A DNA stretch of 64,000 nt from an uncultured Planctomycetales bacterium (lineage in GTDB: Bacteria > Omnitrophota > Gorgyraeia > Gygaellales > Profunditerraquicolaceae), in NCBI GenBank assembly GCA_964427405.1, contig CAYRUB010000004.1:4236-68235 (forward strand), read 5' to 3'. Positions within the stretch are counted from its first letter, which is position 1. Every line of letters begins with the position of its first letter. The notes below the pieces were generated by a model that saw only the letters and a program-made list of their open reading frames with translations, was not told the origin of the DNA and ran no database searches. Shown here piece by piece: positions 60,022 to 64,000 of this stretch. A program made the position numbers and the translations under genes.

Positions 60022-61086
60022 ATGAAGGCAATTTTAGTTTTAGAGGATGGTAAAAGTTTTAATGCCAACAGTGATTTAAACACAGAATGCTTCGGGGAAT
60101 TAATTTTGAATACCGCGGTAGTGGGATATCAGGAAATGATTACTGACCCTGCTAATGCCGGTAAAATTCTTGTATTGACCTATCCACTCATCGGTAATTA
60201 TGGGGTTGCTCCGAAATTTAATGAGTCTAATAAGGTTTGGGTAAGCGCTCTAGCAGTTAAAGAGAAAAGCCGTATTTATTCTAATTTTCAGGCAAAATCA
60301 AGTCTGGATGATTTTCTAAAAGAGAAAAACGCATCAGCAGTTTATAACCTTGACACGCGCACTCTGGCTGTGCATCTAAGAGAAAAGGGGCCGTTGTTTG
60401 GGATGATTTCTACCAAGGAGTTTGATTCAAAAAAGTTACTAGAAAAGATAAGCCAAATTAAGAGACAGCCTGCGCAAACTCTTTTGCCGGAAATATCGGT
60501 TTCTAAGTTAAAAATTTTAGGTAAAGGCAAGAGATTGGTAGTTTTAGACCTGGGGGTAACTAACGGTTTGCTTAAACAATTAGAAGCTTTGGGTTTTTCT
60601 TTAAATATTTTGCCTTATAATGCCAGCGTAAAACAAATCTTATCAATCAGCCCCAAGGGTGTAGTTATCTCAAGCGGGCCGGAAAATGATCCAAGCTTAA
60701 ACCAGGTAGCGCAAAATATAAAACCACTTATTGGTAAATTGCCCATCTTGGGGGTTGCTACAGGTTGTCAGGTTTTAGCAGCTGCCTTAGGGGTAGGGTT
60801 AGTCCGGCTAAAGTTAGGGCATCGGGGAGTAAATTATCCATTAGCCAGGCCAGGTTCTTTTAAAGGAGAAATTACTGTTCAGAATCACGGGTATGTTCTT
60901 GATCAGAATGCATTACGTAAGGTTAAGGGGTTAAAGGTTACTGCTTACAATTTGAATGATCATACTCCGGAAGAGATAGAAAGTAAGAAATTAAAACTGA
61001 TTGGCGTACAATATAATCCTGTGTCTGCCGGTTTTGATCAGGTGAATTCCATATTGATTAAATTTAACAGACTATTGGAGAGATAA
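60022..61086 (+). CDS. carA: carbamoyl-phosphate synthase small subunit with a degenerate glutaminase catalytic triad
   Basis: 354 aa and collinear with E. coli CarA. The triad positions read GVATGCQ (for GICLGHQ) and [10 protein letters not shown] (for GHPEASPG), so Cys, His and Glu are not conserved. Confidence 0.8.
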   Translation: MKAILVLEDGKSFNANSDLNTECFGELILNTAVVGYQEMITDPANAGKILVLTYPLIGNYGVAPKFNESNKVWVSALAVKEKSRIYSNFQAKSSLDDFLKEKNASAVYNLDTRTLAVHLREKGPLFGMISTKEFDSKKLLEKISQIKRQPAQTLLPEISVSKLKILGKGKRLVVLDLGVTNGLLKQLEALGFSLNILPYNASVKQILSISPKGVVISSGPENDPSLNQVAQNIKPLIGKLPILGVATGCQVLAAALGVGLVRLKLGHRGVNYPLARPGSFKGEITVQNHGYVLDQNALRKVKGLKVTAYNLNDHTPEEIESKKLKLIGVQYNPVSAGFDQVNSILIKFNRLLER

Positions 61087-61088
61087 AT

Positions 61089-64000
61089 ATGCCCAGGCGT
61101 AAAGATATAAAGAAAGTTTTGATCGTTGGTTCCGGGCCAATAGTTATCGGCCAGGCATGTGAATTTGATTATTCCGGTTCTCAGGCCTGTAAGGCTTTAA
61201 GAGAAGAAGGATACCGTACGATTTTAGTAAATTCTAACCCAGCAACGATTATGACCGACCCTGGCATGGCTGATGTTACTTACATCGAGCCGCTGACTGT
61301 GGAGGTACTTACAAAAATAATTGCCAGGGAGAGGCCAGACGCCATATTACCTACCCTTGGGGGACAAACAGGATTAAATCTAGCTTTCTTTTTAATGAAA
61401 CAGGGCGTGCTTAAAAAATACGGAGTTGAATCTATAGGTTCTTCTGTGGAGGCTATTTCTTGCGCTGAGGACAGGGATCTTTTTAAGAAGGCAATGCAGG
61501 AGATTGGAGTAGATACTCCTAAAAGCGGGATTGCTACAACCGTTAAGGAAGGAATGAAAATTGGTTTAGATATTGGGTTTCCTTTAATCTTGCGTCCTGC
61601 GTATTGTTTGGGTGGCAGCGGGGGTGCTATAGCATATAATAAAGATGAACTGGAAACTTTTCTTGCTAAGGGGATCGAGGCCAGTCCGGTTCACCAGATT
61701 TTAGTAGAACAATCTGTTTTGGGTTGGAAAGAGATTGAATTTGAAGTAATGCGTGACTGCGCGGACAACGTGATTATGATTACTTCTATGGAGAACGTTG
61801 ATCCCATGGGTGTACATACCGGAGACAGTATTGTCGTTGCTCCTGCCCAAACCTTGACTCCTGAGGAGTATACTAATTTTGTTAATCTCTGCAAAAAGAT
61901 TATTCGAAAAATCGGCATATCAGGCGGCGGGGCGAATATTCAGTTTGGGCAAAATCCGGATAATGGCAAGATTGTGATTATTGAAGTCAATCCCAGGCTT
62001 TCCCGCTCTTCGGCTTTGGCATCAAAGGCCACAGGAGTACCTATTGCCAGAATTGCTACAAAGTTAGCAATAGGCCTAACTTTACCTGAAGTAATGAATC
62101 AAGTTACCAGTAAAACCACTTCATTCTTTGAGCCGACAGTGGATTACTGCGTATTTAAAATCTGCAGATTTACTTTTGAGAAATTTCCGTATGCGGAAAG
62201 AATATTAAATACTTCGATGAAGGCCGTAGGAGAGGCAATGTCTATCGGCAGGAACTTTAAAGAAGCCCTACAAAAAGGTATACGCTCAATTGAAATAAAA
62301 CGATATGGTTTTGGCGCTGATGGCAAGGATAAGATTAGCGATGAAATGCTTAAAAGCGCGGATAGCGTTTTGCTTAAACAGATTAAGGATAAAGTTTCTA
62401 TCCCTAACGACGAGAGGCTTTTTTATATACGTTACGCATTAAAAGCCGGCTTAAGCATAGACGAAATTTATGCATTAAGCCGTATTGATCGTTGGTTTAT
62501 TGACAATATGAAACAACTGGTGGAGTTAGAGGAAGAAATTAAGCGATATAAAAACAAAAAAACAGAAGATGAACCCAGTATTCCGCAGGAATTATTGGCG
62601 CAGGCAAAAGCAGATGGGTTTTCCGATATCCAGCTCGCTTTTCTGCTGAATACCAAGGAGGAAAAGGTGAGACAATTGCGTAAAAAGAATAATTCAAAAC
62701 CAGTTTATAAATTAGTAGATACTTGTGCTGGAGAGTTTAACGCCAAGCAGCCGTATTTCTATTCAACGCAAGAAACTAAGGATGAGGCTAGGCCGAGCAA
62801 GAATAAGAAAGTGATAATTTTAGGCGGTGGCCCAAACAGGATCGGCCAGGGTATCGAATTTGACTATTGTTGCTGCCATGCTGCCTACGCGCTTAAAGAA
62901 GAGGGTGTAGATAGTATTATGGTTAATTGTAACCCGGAGACGGTCTCTACTGACTATGATACCTCTGACCGGCTTTATTTTGAACCGCTTACTTTTGAAG
63001 ACATCATGAATATTATTGAGTTGGAGAAGCCGATAGGTGTGATCGTGCAGTTTGGCGGCCAGACTCCGATTAATTTAGCGGTAGCTTTACGAGAGGCCGG
63101 AGTAAATATTTTGGGGACTAGCTCTGAAAGTATTGATATTGCCGAGGACCGTAAGAGGTTCAAGCATATGATTGATAAATTGGGCCTGTTGCAGCCGAAT
63201 AGCGGCACGGTGTTTACTTTCGAAGAGGCTCAGAAGGTAGCCAACAATATCGGCTATCCCGTATTAGTCAGACCGTCATATGTGTTGGGTGGCAGGGCGA
63301 TGGAAATTGTTTATGACGCCGAACTTTTAGAAAGATTTATTAAAGAGGCAGCTGAGGTTTCCGGAGAACACCCGATATTGATAGATAAATTCCTGGAGGA
63401 TGCCATTGAAGTGGATGTGGATTTAATCGGAGACGGGGAAACTTTCGTTATTGGTGGAATCTTGGAGCACATTGAACAGGCAGGGGTGCATTCAGGGGAT
63501 GCGGCGATGTCTCTGCCTACATATACATTATCTCCGGATATCTTAAAAAAGATAAGAGAAGCTACTTATTGCTTAGCCAAAGAATTAAATATCGTGGGTT
63601 TAATGAATGTTCAGTATGCGGTTAAAGATGCTAAGGTGTATATATTAGAGGTTAACCCCCGCGCTTCACGCACCGTGCCTTTAGTTTCTAAAGTTATCGG
63701 AATACCTCTAGCAAAGTTGGCAACCAAAGTTATGTTGGGTAAGAAGTTAAAGGATTTGGGTTTTACTGAAGAGATAATCCCACATCATGTAGCAGTGAAG
63801 GAGTCCGTTTTTCCTTTTAACCGTTTTCCAGGGGTGGATGTAATGCTGGGTCCGGAGATGAAATCTACCGGAGAAGTCATGGGGATTGATACGGATTTTT
63901 CCAGCGCTTATATCAAGAGCCAGATTGCCGCAGGCCAGAAGATTCCTAAGAAAGGCAATGTCTTTATCTCCGTGCACGACCGGGATAAAAGAGACGTGAT
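61089..64000 (+). CDS. carB: carbamoyl-phosphate synthase large subunit (3' end beyond window)
   Basis: Open frame from the ATG at 61089 to the window end; [37 protein letters not shown]..., a second ATP-grasp repeat is visible near 62800. Confidence 0.9.
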   Translation, partial: MPRRKDIKKVLIVGSGPIVIGQACEFDYSGSQACKALREEGYRTILVNSNPATIMTDPGMADVTYIEPLTVEVLTKIIARERPDAILPTLGGQTGLNLAFFLMKQGVLKKYGVESIGSSVEAISCAEDRDLFKKAMQEIGVDTPKSGIATTVKEGMKIGLDIGFPLILRPAYCLGGSGGAIAYNKDELETFLAKGIEASPVHQILVEQSVLGWKEIEFEVMRDCADNVIMITSMENVDPMGVHTGDSIVVAPAQTLTPEEYTNFVNLCKKIIRKIGISGGGANIQFGQNPDNGKIVIIEVNPRLSRSSALASKATGVPIARIATKLAIGLTLPEVMNQVTSKTTSFFEPTVDYCVFKICRFTFEKFPYAERILNTSMKAVGEAMSIGRNFKEALQKGIRSIEIKRYGFGADGKDKISDEMLKSADSVLLKQIKDKVSIPNDERLFYIRYALKAGLSIDEIYALSRIDRWFIDNMKQLVELEEEIKRYKNKKTEDEPSIPQELLAQAKADGFSDIQLAFLLNTKEEKVRQLRKKNNSKPVYKLVDTCAGEFNAKQPYFYSTQETKDEARPSKNKKVIILGGGPNRIGQGIEFDYCCCHAAYALKEEGVDSIMVNCNPETVSTDYDTSDRLYFEPLTFEDIMNIIELEKPIGVIVQFGGQTPINLAVALREAGVNILGTSSESIDIAEDRKRFKHMIDKLGLLQPNSGTVFTFEEAQKVANNIGYPVLVRPSYVLGGRAMEIVYDAELLERFIKEAAEVSGEHPILIDKFLEDAIEVDVDLIGDGETFVIGGILEHIEQAGVHSGDAAMSLPTYTLSPDILKKIREATYCLAKELNIVGLMNVQYAVKDAKVYILEVNPRASRTVPLVSKVIGIPLAKLATKVMLGKKLKDLGFTEEIIPHHVAVKESVFPFNRFPGVDVMLGPEMKSTGEVMGIDTDFSSAYIKSQIAAGQKIPKKGNVFISVHDRDKRDV

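Overview
This is a low-GC (about 40%) bacterial chromosomal segment that spans the replication origin. From position 1 to about 44,043 every gene lies on the minus strand, ending with yidC-yidD-rpmH. From 44,382 onward every gene lies on the plus strand, starting with dnaA-dnaN. The intergenic gap between rpmH and dnaA carries consensus DnaA boxes and two tandem sigma70-like promoters facing dnaA, so I read 44,044-44,381 as oriC.

Minus-strand arm (left to right on the + strand coordinate): 2-oxoacid:ferredoxin oxidoreductase delta/alpha/beta subunits, dxs, xseBA, a secreted glycoside-hydrolase-like protein, ymdB-rny, a 5-formyl-THF cyclo-ligase, iscU and a MetV-like Fe-S protein, a UvrD/PcrA helicase, a 2,971-aa secreted giant protein, a secreted cyclophilin, an EF-G paralog with a membrane-anchored coiled-coil N-terminal extension, rarA, pheST, a Trk/Ktr K+ uptake locus, infC-rpmI-rplT, thrS, three tRNAs (Val, Leu, Cys), coaC, rpoZ, gmk, yicC, ndk, parAB, a Jag N-terminal fragment, yidC, yidD and rpmH.

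Plus-strand arm: dnaA, dnaN, a DUF721/DciA-like gene, gyrB, an integral membrane protein wedged between gyrB and gyrA, gyrA, tRNA-Glu, glmS, rsmI, a pyr operon (PyrR leader attenuator, pyrR-pyrB-pyrC, a PHP-domain protein, tRNA-Arg, carA-carB) running off the window end.

I saw no CRISPR array, no transposase or IS element, and no rRNA. The items most worth a second look are the giant secreted multidomain protein with a recurring SSP[VIL] motif, the membrane-tethered EF-G paralog, the membrane protein inserted in gyrB-gyrA, CarA with a degenerate glutaminase triad, rnpA and recF missing from their canonical positions, and a 38-codon hydrophobic ORF translationally coupled inside the trk operon.
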